Shown piece after piece: positions 19,495 to 38,643 of a stretch of DNA of 64,000 nucleotides. Each line of letters opens with the position of its first letter. Within the stretch, counting starts at the first letter, position 1. Position numbers and translations under genes: made by a program. The stretch lies in assembly GCF_009914755.1 (NCBI RefSeq), contig NC_060929.1; one strand, given 5' to 3'. The DNA is from the human T2T-CHM13v2.0 reference genome, Homo sapiens. The notes under the pieces are model-generated. The model saw nothing but the letters and a program-made list of their open reading frames with translations, was not told the origin of the DNA and did no database searches.

Positions 19495-20169
19495 CTAATC
19501 AAGGAAATGACAAAACAGAGAAAACATTAAGTATAATACTTTGCACTTCCATCTCCAAAATTAGAGCTTTTTAGTCAACCAACCTTGGACTTTAGAATCA
19601 AAATTTTTCATGACCACCTTGTTCATGAGATTCATTAAATTCAATACAAAATACATCAATTTTAGGTGCATACCTTTCTGTTCAAAGGGTGTGCTGAGAT
19701 CTGACACCCCTCATAAGAACAAAGCAGAGAGAAGGAAGGCCTCTTAGGGGCCAGTGTCCTTTTGCTCATATAAATAATGAGGCTCCTTTTCTCTTGTTTT
19801 TAAGTGCTTGCTGTTAAGGGAGCCAAATTCGGTTCTAGTTTAGGAGACTTAAAAAGGGCTGTCCATAAATTACACAAACCAGTACAGACACCATTCTGCA
19901 ACATGAGATTCCCTCATTTCACCCCAAAGAGATACAGCCGCCAGTGCCCTGTGACAACAGAAATGAGCCCAATAGGATTTACTGCAAAAACTGTGTAGTA
20001 GTTCGAGGGCCTGTGAGCAATGCCAGAGACTCTGCAAGATGCCAACTGACTATTGATTTCTTAATATGCAATGCAGGAGCTGAAAAGGAGAATGAAAAGT
20101 GAGGCGGGGCGGGGGGAATTATCAATTAGAACCCTAGATTTCAGAGTGCCCCTTTTAACAGTCCGCATG

Positions 20170-21040
20170 ATAGAACAGGAACTGGTATTAATGGAAGAGG
20201 CTCAACAGTAAGCCAGTCTGGTTCAAATCCAGCTCCCAGCACTTTCCTGCTGTGTACCTTTGAGCAAGTTACTCACCTAAGTTTCTAGTTCCTCATTTGT
20301 AAAAACAGAGATGATTGGCCAGGGGCCATGGCTCATGCCTGTAATTCCAGCATTTTGGGAGGCCGAGGCAGGCAGATCACCTGAGGTCAGGAGTTCGAGA
20401 CCAGCCTGACCAACATGGTGAAACCCCGTCTATACTAAAAACACAAAAATTATCCAGGTGTGGTGGTGGGTGCCTGTGTTCCCAGCTACATGGGAGGGTG
20501 AGGCAGTAGAATCACTTGAACCTGGGGGACGGAGGTTGCGCAGTGAGCTGAGATCGTGCCATTGCACTCCAGCCTGGGCAACAAAGGGAGACTCCGTCTC
20601 AAAAAAAAAACAAACAAACAGAGATGATTGGCCAGGCATGGTGGCTCATGCCTTGTAATCCCAACATTTGGGAGGTTGAGGTGGGAGGACAGCTTGAGCC
20701 CAGGAGTTTGAGACCAGCCCAGGCAACAGAGTGAGACATTGTCTCTACTAAAAATTTTTTTTTAATTAGCCAGGCATGCTGGTGTGCCTATAGTCCCAGC
20801 TACTTGGGAGGCTGAGGTGGCAGGATTACTTGAGCACAGGAGGATGAGGCTGCAGTGAGCTGCAATTACACCACTGCATCCAACCTGGGCCTTGTCTCAA
20901 AAAAACAAAAAATAAAAAAAACCCAGAGATGATTAAAAAACCAAAGCACCTATTTCAAATGGGATTAAACACAGTAATCTACACAAAAGGCTCTGCACAG
21001 TGCCTGGTACCCATAAGAAGTACTAGTAGTATGATCACTG
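20170..21040 (+). mobile_element. MIR split by two Alus (20317-20618, 20630-20922)
   Basis: MIR core ggttcaaatccagc...gcaagttactcacc...gttcctcatttgtaaaa, resuming after 20935. Confidence 0.75.
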
Positions 21041-21084
21041 TACTCATTTGGCACTCTTTTCAAAGTGAGAACATCTCTCACTTT

Positions 21085-21401
<317 letters not shown>

Positions 21402-21515
21402 CAGCATCTCTCACTTTGAGTAAGCTGAAGCACAGCACTCCAGCAAACCTGAAGGATTCCAACATAAAGAGCAGATGGGCCTGCCTGTGAGATGCGTGAT
21501 TCCACAGATACCCAC

Positions 21516-21666
21516 CGAGAAGCAGGCGTCAGGGTCAATCTGATACTTGGCTGCTATTCCGAAGCGCGTGTTACTGTTTCCTGCTGTCCAGGCAAGATTG
21601 ACAGCGGTCTCCAACTTCTTGTTCACTTTCTGGTAAATGGAGCCGCCAAACTCTGTCCCGTCATTC
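21516..21666 (-). CDS. VDAC1: VDAC1 exon 7 ([14 protein letters not shown]...DPDACFS)
   Basis: tgcag|GAA ... TCG|GTGGGT; 151 nt; within ORF 21411..21818. Confidence 0.98.
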
Positions 21667-21869
21667 CTGCAAACAAGCACAGGACAGATGCTGAGCTTCC
21701 CAGGGAGGTGAGCTGCAGCCCAGACAGATCCACCCAAGTCTCCCAGAAGACAGGGATGACAGAAATGGACTGAACCAATACTGGTATTAAGGGAACTCAG
21801 AAGTTCACCAAATTTCACAAAACAGGTACTAAATTACAGGAAGTCTGATAAGTATGGAACAGGCACCTA

Positions 21870-22882
<1,013 letters not shown>

Positions 22883-23809
22883 TCAAAAGAGCTTAATCCA
22901 CAATTCATCTCGTCCACCTGTGCATACTCCTCACCCATGCTGCAACATCTAAGCCTGGCAGGATTTGAAAGGGAGCTTTTTGCTACATCATAAAATGTCT
23001 CCCTCTTTCAAAAACATTCAGAATGAAACCCCAGCTGGCCAAGCTCCCTCCTCTCTTACAAACACACTGAATGACTCCAGTTGCTGGGAATATCCCTTTC
23101 CCTTCTTCAGTCATTCAAATTCTCCTCTTCCTCTTTTGGGGCCCTGCTTAAGCTCTCAGAATTTGAAAGTCTGCCCCACCCAGCTGAACAGCCTATACAA
23201 ACTCTGCAGTCACTGCCACCCCTAAAAAGGCATACGAAGAGCTCAGAGTCTACACTTTGTCCTCTGTCGGGCTGGGGTCGGCACAGATCATAGACTGTCT
23301 CTCATTACTGCTTTCAGATTGTTGTTTATACACACAGTGCATACTGGTGCCTGGTCAGAAGCAACCTTCTCCGTGGAGGGAACCACAGAAAACAAAAACA
23401 GTTAAAGTGGCTGCCACTGCGGAGCTGGGATGAGCAGGCTGAGGCAGGCTGGAATCACTGCTTTTCATAGGCCCATCTGTACTGTTTGATTTTACAACCA
23501 TGGGTTCAGACTCCTTTGATTAAAAAAATTAAGAAAAATTTTAATGCTGCAATTTTTTAAAAAGGAATGACCATCCTCCTTGCATCAGATGGTCTTCAAG
23601 CCTGCCTAGACCCTCTCAAACATCTTTAACATAAAATCAGTGTCTGAGTTCTGCCTCATCATTGTGGGCATTTCCAGTGGAAATGGCATTGGTTAACTGT
23701 GAGTCAGAGCCCACGTACTTTGGAATCCAGCAAAGGGCTTCAGGACCTAAGAACAAAAACTCTAGTCTTCACAAGACACTCTCCCTAAATCAGAGAATAC
23801 ATTCTAAAT

Positions 23810-25376
<1,567 letters not shown>

Positions 25377-26377
25377 AAAATGGATATTTTCTTGGTATAC
25401 ATTTTTACGAATTTTAACACACGTACACAGATTAATGTAACCATGACGACAGTCAGAATATAGAACAGTTCCCTCCCCGAAACTCCCTCAGTCACTGCTT
25501 TGTAGTCATACCCTCCCCGCCCCCTGCCAACCACTAGATTGTCCATCTCTATAGTTTTCCTGTGACTTTTTAGCTGTAACAGATTCCAAATTAATGATAA
25601 AAATTCCTCAAAAAATTTATTAATGGAAATATTAGTTTACACATTAATATCACTGATTTGCCTTAAGTTTAAGAAGTTACTTCTTTAGTGACCTCTAGTG
25701 GAAAGAAATAAACATGGTAACTCTGCACCCAGCTTGTGCCTGTCACAGGTTAATTCCTCATGAAACTAAATAAAACAAGGTTTATGGATAAAACAAGATT
25801 CATGAATGAAATGTGTTTCCCTTAACTTAAATCATCAATCTACTTCAATTCTCAAGGGGCTCTCTCCTAACCTATAATCACTGTTTCCCTTCACCATACT
25901 GTCCAATAGTTACTTTTACATGCTTCACTGTACAGAGAAGATAGTTTGTAACTGAGATAATCAGCTCCTAAATTTGTCTACCATGTCTACATGTCATCAA
26001 GCCCAGCAGGCTAATCCTCAGGCATTAGACAGAGAAAGAGAGCTGTTTTGTTAACTAAAACAAAAACTGCAGGGAATGGACACGCTCTGGACTGACACCA
26101 TGTCCCTGCTGTAATTAATCAGCCACTTTGTGTACCTGTGGCAATATATACTGTTCACAGAGTGGAAAGGATCTAAGACACTCCAGGAAATGGGTAGGTG
26201 GGAAACAAAAGATAGCAGCAGGCCATGTGGCTCATCTAATGCCAACAAACTCACTTTACAGTGGTTAAAAACTGGGCTTTCTTAAAAAAAAAAAAAAAAA
26301 AACAGTGAAAAGCAATCCCCTTACCACACATGCTCCAACCCCACCCCTCCCACCCTGCTGCCCCCATGTACACTTAC

Positions 26378-26605
26378 ACATTAGTGTGAAGCTGGAATTC
26401 ATCAGTCTTGTAGCCAACTGCAAAGTTGCTCTGGGTCACTCGGGATTTTGCAGTCTCAAAATTCATCTGGTAGCCGGCCAGCCAGCCCTCGTAACCTAGC
26501 ACCAGAGCACCCCGGATGGAAGGCCCAGCAATGTCGAAATCCATGTCGCAGCCCAGGTTAATGTGCTCCCGCTTGTACCCTGTCTTGATTTTAGCATTTT
26601 TTTTC
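26378..26605 (-). CDS. VDAC1: VDAC1 exon 6 ([14 protein letters not shown]...FQLHTNV)
   Basis: ttcag|GAA ... GT|GTAAGT; 228 nt. Confidence 0.98.
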
Positions 26606-27879
26606 CTGAAGGAAAATAAGTTATATTAAGATCAGAAGCTAACTCACCTTGAAATGCAAGTTGTCTTTTTTTTTTTTTTAATCCCAGGTCAAATAAAGGG
26701 AGTGGGGTGGGGGTGAAGTCAGGGCTCCAGTTCTCCCTTAAGCCACTGCTGTACCACAATGAGCAGGACACAACCTCTCTTCCACAGGGACTCAGTCTGC
26801 AGAAACCCCACAATAACGAAGTGAGAACACAGACAGGAAAAGCCTGAAAAATAAATACGAAGTAACTTTCTTCTCCTATCCTCTTTGTATGCTTAACGTA
26901 GCAGCCTACACAGGCATTCATTAGGTAGAAAGCCACCATGTAATTATGAAACAGATGCATCTTTGATATTTTCCAAACCTGTGGAAAAGATTTATCTGCC
27001 ATGAAGGCAGCTACCTAAATAGCAGCTTTTAAAGAGACGGTTTTCTTCTTACTCTGTGGCTCACATGGTTAAGTAAGGAAACAAAGGCTATGTTCCCTCT
27101 AAGTGAGTACAACAGTAAAATGGATTTCAATTCCATATTCATGAGACCCCAATGAGTACATATTTCAGAGAACCGGGTACTGATGTAGAACCTGGAACTC
27201 TGCAGTCATGGGGGCCAGGAAGTGTTAGTTAGCCAGACAGTATCCCAGGTCCAACCTGATGATACCAGATGTGAGTCTATAAGCAGTTCAGTGTCTCTAC
27301 TGCCGGTTCCTCAAGACCCAGCATCCCTTAGGAAGAGCAGGTGAATAGTGTCACCTGCAGACCTATTATTACCATGTCTTTTACCAAAAGTACACACTGG
27401 AGAACAAGATCACATCCAACAAATACAACATGGATCATTTTTATCTGATTGTCTCTATCATTCAGTTACAAGATCGACATCTCCCACAGGAAGCTGCATT
27501 CTCAGCAGAGACCACAGGAGGAACCAGATCCACTCAGAGCCTCAAGGACTACACAGCACTGTTCACTTCTAGCTTTATTCACATTGAGATTAATGCTTCA
27601 TCCTCAGCACCTAGACCATTTCCTCCTAAATGGAACCAGTGCTCCTTGGAGAAATGGCCAACTACAGATCTTAGGCAGGAAATGTACACAGTAACCTAAA
27701 ACATCTATCAAAGCTATTGAAGACTACTGGGGTGGAGGCAAAAGGACTTACAAGGTAACCTGAAGAGGCTCCCAAGGGCTTCGACAATGGAGCAATGTGA
27801 GCCTCAATAAGAAAAATATTAGCAATAGGCTGAAACATATTAAACAGTATGTTTATTCTAGGCATTATAATGACACTCG

Positions 27880-28922
<1,043 letters not shown>

Positions 28923-29292
28923 ATGATCAACTTTTTTCAATATAATAATAATATCATGGTTATGCTCCTTTAAAATGGATTATTGCCATTTAAAGATACA
29001 TAATAAAATATTTACAGCTGAAATTAAGTGTTGTTATTTACTTAAAATAGTATGTGCGTGGAGGAGTGTTATATTTATGGCTGTATAAATAAAACATGAT
29101 TGGCCACAGGTTGGTAACTATCAAAGCTGTGTGATAGGAATAGAATGAGGGTTAAACATATTTTTCTGTATATTTTTGTATGTTTCAGATTTCTCATTAA
29201 AAAAAAATAAAGGTTAAAAATTCCAAATTCTCAATGAGACAAGAATTTTAGAGGTCACAGCTGAAAATAAAGCCAGCACCCCTCCCAAGTGA

Positions 29293-30063
29293 TGTAGGAA
29301 AATAGCCTGTTCCATGGCAAGAGTGACACCGTCTTGAAACAAAATCACCACTGATACAGTTTCGATGCTGTATCTTCTGAATCTCATGTTGAAATGCAGT
29401 CCCCAGTGTTGGACCTGCTGGGTGGTGGTTAGACCATGGGGGTGGATCCCTCATGGATTGGTGCTGTCCTCCCAATAATGAGTTATGAGATCTGGTTGTT
29501 TGCGTGTGGCACCTCCCCACCACTCTCTCTCTCTTGCTCCTGCTCTTGCCATGTGATGTGCCTGCTCCTGCTTCATCAATCACCATGACTAAAAGCTTCC
29601 TGACGCCTTCCCAGAAGCCGAGCAGATGCCTGTGCTCTGCTTGTACAGACTGCAGAACCATGAGCCAATTGAACCTCTTTTCTTCATAAATTAGCTATCC
29701 TCAGGTATTTTTTTCTTTTTTTCAGACAAGGTCTCACTCTGTTGTCCAGGCAGGAGTGCAGTGGTGCGATCATGGCTCACTACAGCCCCTGCCTCCTGAG
29801 CTCAGGTGATCCTCCCACCTCAGCCTCCCAGGTAGCTAGAACTGACTATAGGTGCGCACCACCAGGCCCAGCTAGTGTGTGTGTGCATGTGGGTAGACGG
29901 GGTTTAACCATGTTGCCTAGGCTGGTCTCCAACTCCTGGGCTCAAGCAATCTGCCTGCCTTAGCCTCCCAAAATGCTGGGATTACAGGTGTGAGCCACCT
30001 CGCCTGGCCAGGTATTTCTTTAGAGCAATGCAAGGACAAGACTATAGGCGCTCACCACAATGA

Positions 30064-30104
<41 letters not shown>

Positions 30105-30887
30105 GGGGTTTCACCATGTTACCTAGGCTGGTCTCCAACTCCTGGGCTCAAGCAATCTGCCTGCCTCAGCCTCCAAAAATGCTAGGATTACAGGCGTGAG
30201 CCACCTTGCCTGGCAAGAATAGCCTAATACAGCCATGACGACCAAGGAATGCATCATAGACAATCCCATAAAAGAAACAATGCCAGCCGGGCACAGTGCC
30301 TCACACCTGTAATTCCAACACTTTTAGAGGCCAAGGCAGGTAGATCACTTGAGCTTAGGAGTTCAAGACCAGCCTGGCCAACATGGCAAAATTCCATCTC
30401 TACTAAAAATACAAAAATTAGCTGGGTGTGGTGGTGCACACCTGTAGTCCCAGACACTCAGGAGGCTGAGGCAGAAGAATCGCTGGAACCCGGGAGGCAG
30501 AGGTTGCAATGAGCCAAGATCACGCCTCTGCAGTCCAGCCCGGGTGACAGAGTGAGACTGTCTCAAAAAAATAAATAAATAAAAATTTAAAAAGTAAAGA
30601 TGCTTATCTAACCTCCCTTTGGTCACAAGTTTTGCAAGAGTTTTCTGCAAGATGGTCTAAGACATGCACATGTCTTTACTCTAAAAGCTTGCTATATAAA
30701 GAATACTTTCTGGAGGATGAATGCAGGGATCCACTGTCTCTTGGCTGCTTGAGACATCGCTTCTATTTGTAAGTCTCTATTAAATGTTTCTTTCTGAGAA
30801 ACTGGATTTGTCAGTCTCTTTCTTTGGCTGCTCAGCTCCCTCAGCAGTTGGGAGTAGGTGTGCACAGACCTGCTCACCAACAGAACA
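29293..30887 (+). mobile_element. ERV-type solo LTR containing a nested MST LTR (~29352-30231) and Alus
   Basis: TG...CA ends, TATATAAA 30693-30700, ATTAAA 30779-30784; MST motifs; Alus at ~29710 (-), ~30040 (-), ~30284 (+). Confidence 0.7.
30069..30100. repeat. (GT)16 microsatellite
   Basis: Read directly. Confidence 0.95.
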
Positions 30888-31009
30888 AGTGACAATGAAA
30901 CTTATGCCTTGGAACCTCAATTTTGTTCAAGTTACTTCTGTACATTTTGGCAAGGTTTGAAGGAAAGGAGTAACAACCAAATTATCTCTCAATAAGAAAA
31001 ATCCAAAAC

Positions 31010-35592
<4,583 letters not shown>

Positions 35593-36485
35593 CACAATTT
35601 TTAAAAACTGAAATTCAGTACATGCCCTTGACCCTAACATCACTATATAAAACATCTTCCCCAGGTTTGGAAGACCCACCAATATGAGTGGAAAAAAACA
35701 AGGGTGTATTCTAAAAGGGAATAATTCCTTCTAGGCACTTTGAAAAGCACCCAGGAATTGAGGCAGACTACCATGCTATCATGCCAAGTGATGGTCAAGA
35801 ACTAACAAGCCTATTACATCTGTGGCCAGAAGGCCTGGGGAAAGTGCAGCCTCAGGAGCCACCTTGCAGTTACACCCACAGGGTCTCAGTGTCCCTAAGC
35901 AGCAGGAAGCTGGGAGAAGGACTTCCATGCCTGAAGAAATGAGGCTGGCAACAGTGACCAGTTAGGCCCTGCTTCCAAATGTCACCCACTCCCGTTTGGT
36001 CATAGCCACTTACATCACCAGCAGCCTAACTCACATGAAATGGCTATTACTGAACAGAAATCCTGCAACCTCCATGGCAGAAACTAGGAGAACACTAACA
36101 AAATGCAGAATCTTATTACAAAACACGGCTAAACACTGGTCTGAATCCTCTATTAGAAAGTGAGCTCCTTGGCGGGTAACAATCATGGCCTGGGCACCCT
36201 TAGATCTCCAGATGGGCACAGGGCCAAGCACAGGTGGCACTTAGAAATCGTTTGTTGGGTAAACACCAGTCCTGAATTAGGAAGTGCTCATTATAGCATA
36301 GTCTGTTAGTGCATAGATGTGGATACGACCCCTGGGACCAAATCAAAACCAGAGGACTTAAATCGCCAGGTCTCGGAGACCATATTTTAGGTGCTGTCAG
36401 CCCCCAAAACATTTTGTCACAAAGGGCTTCCACCACCTGCAACATCAGAGAACATCCTTGTGGAGAAAACAGATGAAACTCTTAC

Positions 36486-36538
36486 CCAGTGTTAGGTGAG
36501 AAGGATGAATCGAAGGTCAGCTTCAGTCCACGTGCAAG
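36486..36538 (-). CDS. VDAC1: VDAC1 exon 5 ([18 protein letters not shown])
   Basis: ttcag|CTT ... GG|GTAAGA; 53 nt. Confidence 0.98.
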
Positions 36539-36632
36539 CTGAACAGAAAAGAAATTTGCCACTAGATTTAGTCACAAGGCAGGCTGGCAGATGCGAATTA
36601 ATAAATCCACATCTTTTCACAGCAGCCATTAC

Positions 36633-36785
36633 CTGATCTTCCACAGTAATCTCGGTGCCTAGTGTATTGTCGGTATTCCATTTCTCTGTAAACGTCAGGC
36701 CGTACTCAGTCCATCTGTACTTGGTTTCCAGACTGCCCGTCACTTTGGTGGTCTCAGTGTTGGCTGAGCCTGAGCTTGTAAATTC
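36633..36785 (-). CDS. VDAC1: VDAC1 exon 4 ([12 protein letters not shown]...ITVEDQ)
   Basis: gaag|GAA ... CAG|GTAATG; 153 nt; within ORF 36492..36830. Confidence 0.98.
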
Positions 36786-37460
36786 CTTCAAAGGAGAGAG
36801 AAGAGTCACAGCCTGCACCATAGCACTCACTTGGCTTCACTTCACTCCTAAACACTATACTTGCCTTTCTGCAAGAGGCAAGACCCTGAATGTGGGGGGG
36901 CCAAGGCTAACTCTACAATTCAAATAGATATTTAAAGTACAGATGGGAGTAAAGGAGCCTGCTATGTAAAGAAATCTTATGGGGAATTTGTTGTCAGCAG
37001 ACAGCTTCCTTCCTCCCTGTAACTCTTCAGTCTGGACAGGAAAGCATCTCCCTTCCATCCTGGCTCCAGGGCAGTACAGAGAAAAAGCACTGAGCTAAAG
37101 CTGACACAGCGGTAATTCAAACCCAAAACTTCTTTCTTCCAACAATTACTGCACACATAATTTCAAAGGGACTACTAAGATTACTTTAAAAACACTTATG
37201 TGGTTGAATGCAGGTGAATTTGAAAATAAGAAGCACAAGGAAAACTAAAACTGAGACCTGACCCATTCTCCTCTATTACCCGCTGCTGAACTGGGGGCCT
37301 ACTGGCATGGTTCCCCTGGACCACCCATCATGCAGAAAATGGAATGAATGTGAAAACCACAAAAACTGCCAGAATAAAAAAAAAAAAGTACCTTCTTTTG
37401 GCTTTGCGGGCCAGGTCACGACAGTTATTTGTTGATCTACAACAAATTCCCACGTTCCAT

Positions 37461-37932
<472 letters not shown>

Positions 37933-37936
37933 TTAC

Positions 37937-37986
37937 CAATCCATTCTCAGATTTTGTTTTCAAATCAAGCTTTATTAAGCCAAATC
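37937..37986 (-). CDS. VDAC1: VDAC1 exon 3 (GFGLIKLDLKTKSENGL)
   Basis: tttag|GA ... TTG|GTAAGT; 50 nt. Confidence 0.98.
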
Positions 37987-38576
37987 CTAAAGAAAGAAGA
38001 AGACAACTGTCAATAGGTTAAATAACTAGAGAACAGCACCTCTGCCTCCCTCATGGTTGCTTCAGGATGCTTTTTTAAAAAGAAGCACACTCCTGCCACA
38101 GGGGCTGAGGGCACCCAGTCTCTGCTGCTGCTCGTGGGGGGAGCTCTCAGCTGCCATGGAACAGCAGCAGACAGAATGGGCACCCCCACCTGGGTCCCAC
38201 CTGCACTCCCAGCAGGGTCTGATAAGAAGACACCTGACAGCTGGCAAAGACACAGTTACTGGGCCTCGTGGGCATGTGCCTAAGCACAGGCTAAATATAG
38301 AAGCCGCGCTCCACTGCAGCAGCTTCCACAGGGCTGCTCCACACTTGGAAAAGAAAACAAGAATACCCACTTGACAGCACCAATGCAGGAGCCTGTCCAA
38401 CTGGGTGCACAACCAAAGTTGCTACAATTGCCACACAAATGAAAGCTTCTTTTTTCCCTCACGTGAAAGTTCAGAACAGCTGACCTACCCAGGTCTCCTA
38501 AACAGTTATCGGTAAAGTCTCAAACATGCCAACTCAGTCTGTGAGCTGAAAGGCACCCCCTCTCTGCAACACTCAC

Positions 38577-38643
38577 CATAGCCCTTGGTGAAGACATCCC
38601 TGGCAGATTTGCCAAGATCGGCATACGTGGGTGGCACAGCCAT
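38577..38643 (-). CDS. VDAC1: VDAC1 exon 2 coding part ([23 protein letters not shown]-terminal helix)
   Basis: ATG in aagATGG; donor G|GTGAGT; 67 nt. Confidence 0.98.

Noticed and set aside
26496-27002. 168-aa ORF running into VDAC1 exon 6 in another frame
   Set aside because: Intronic, no promoter or splice support; length compatible with chance
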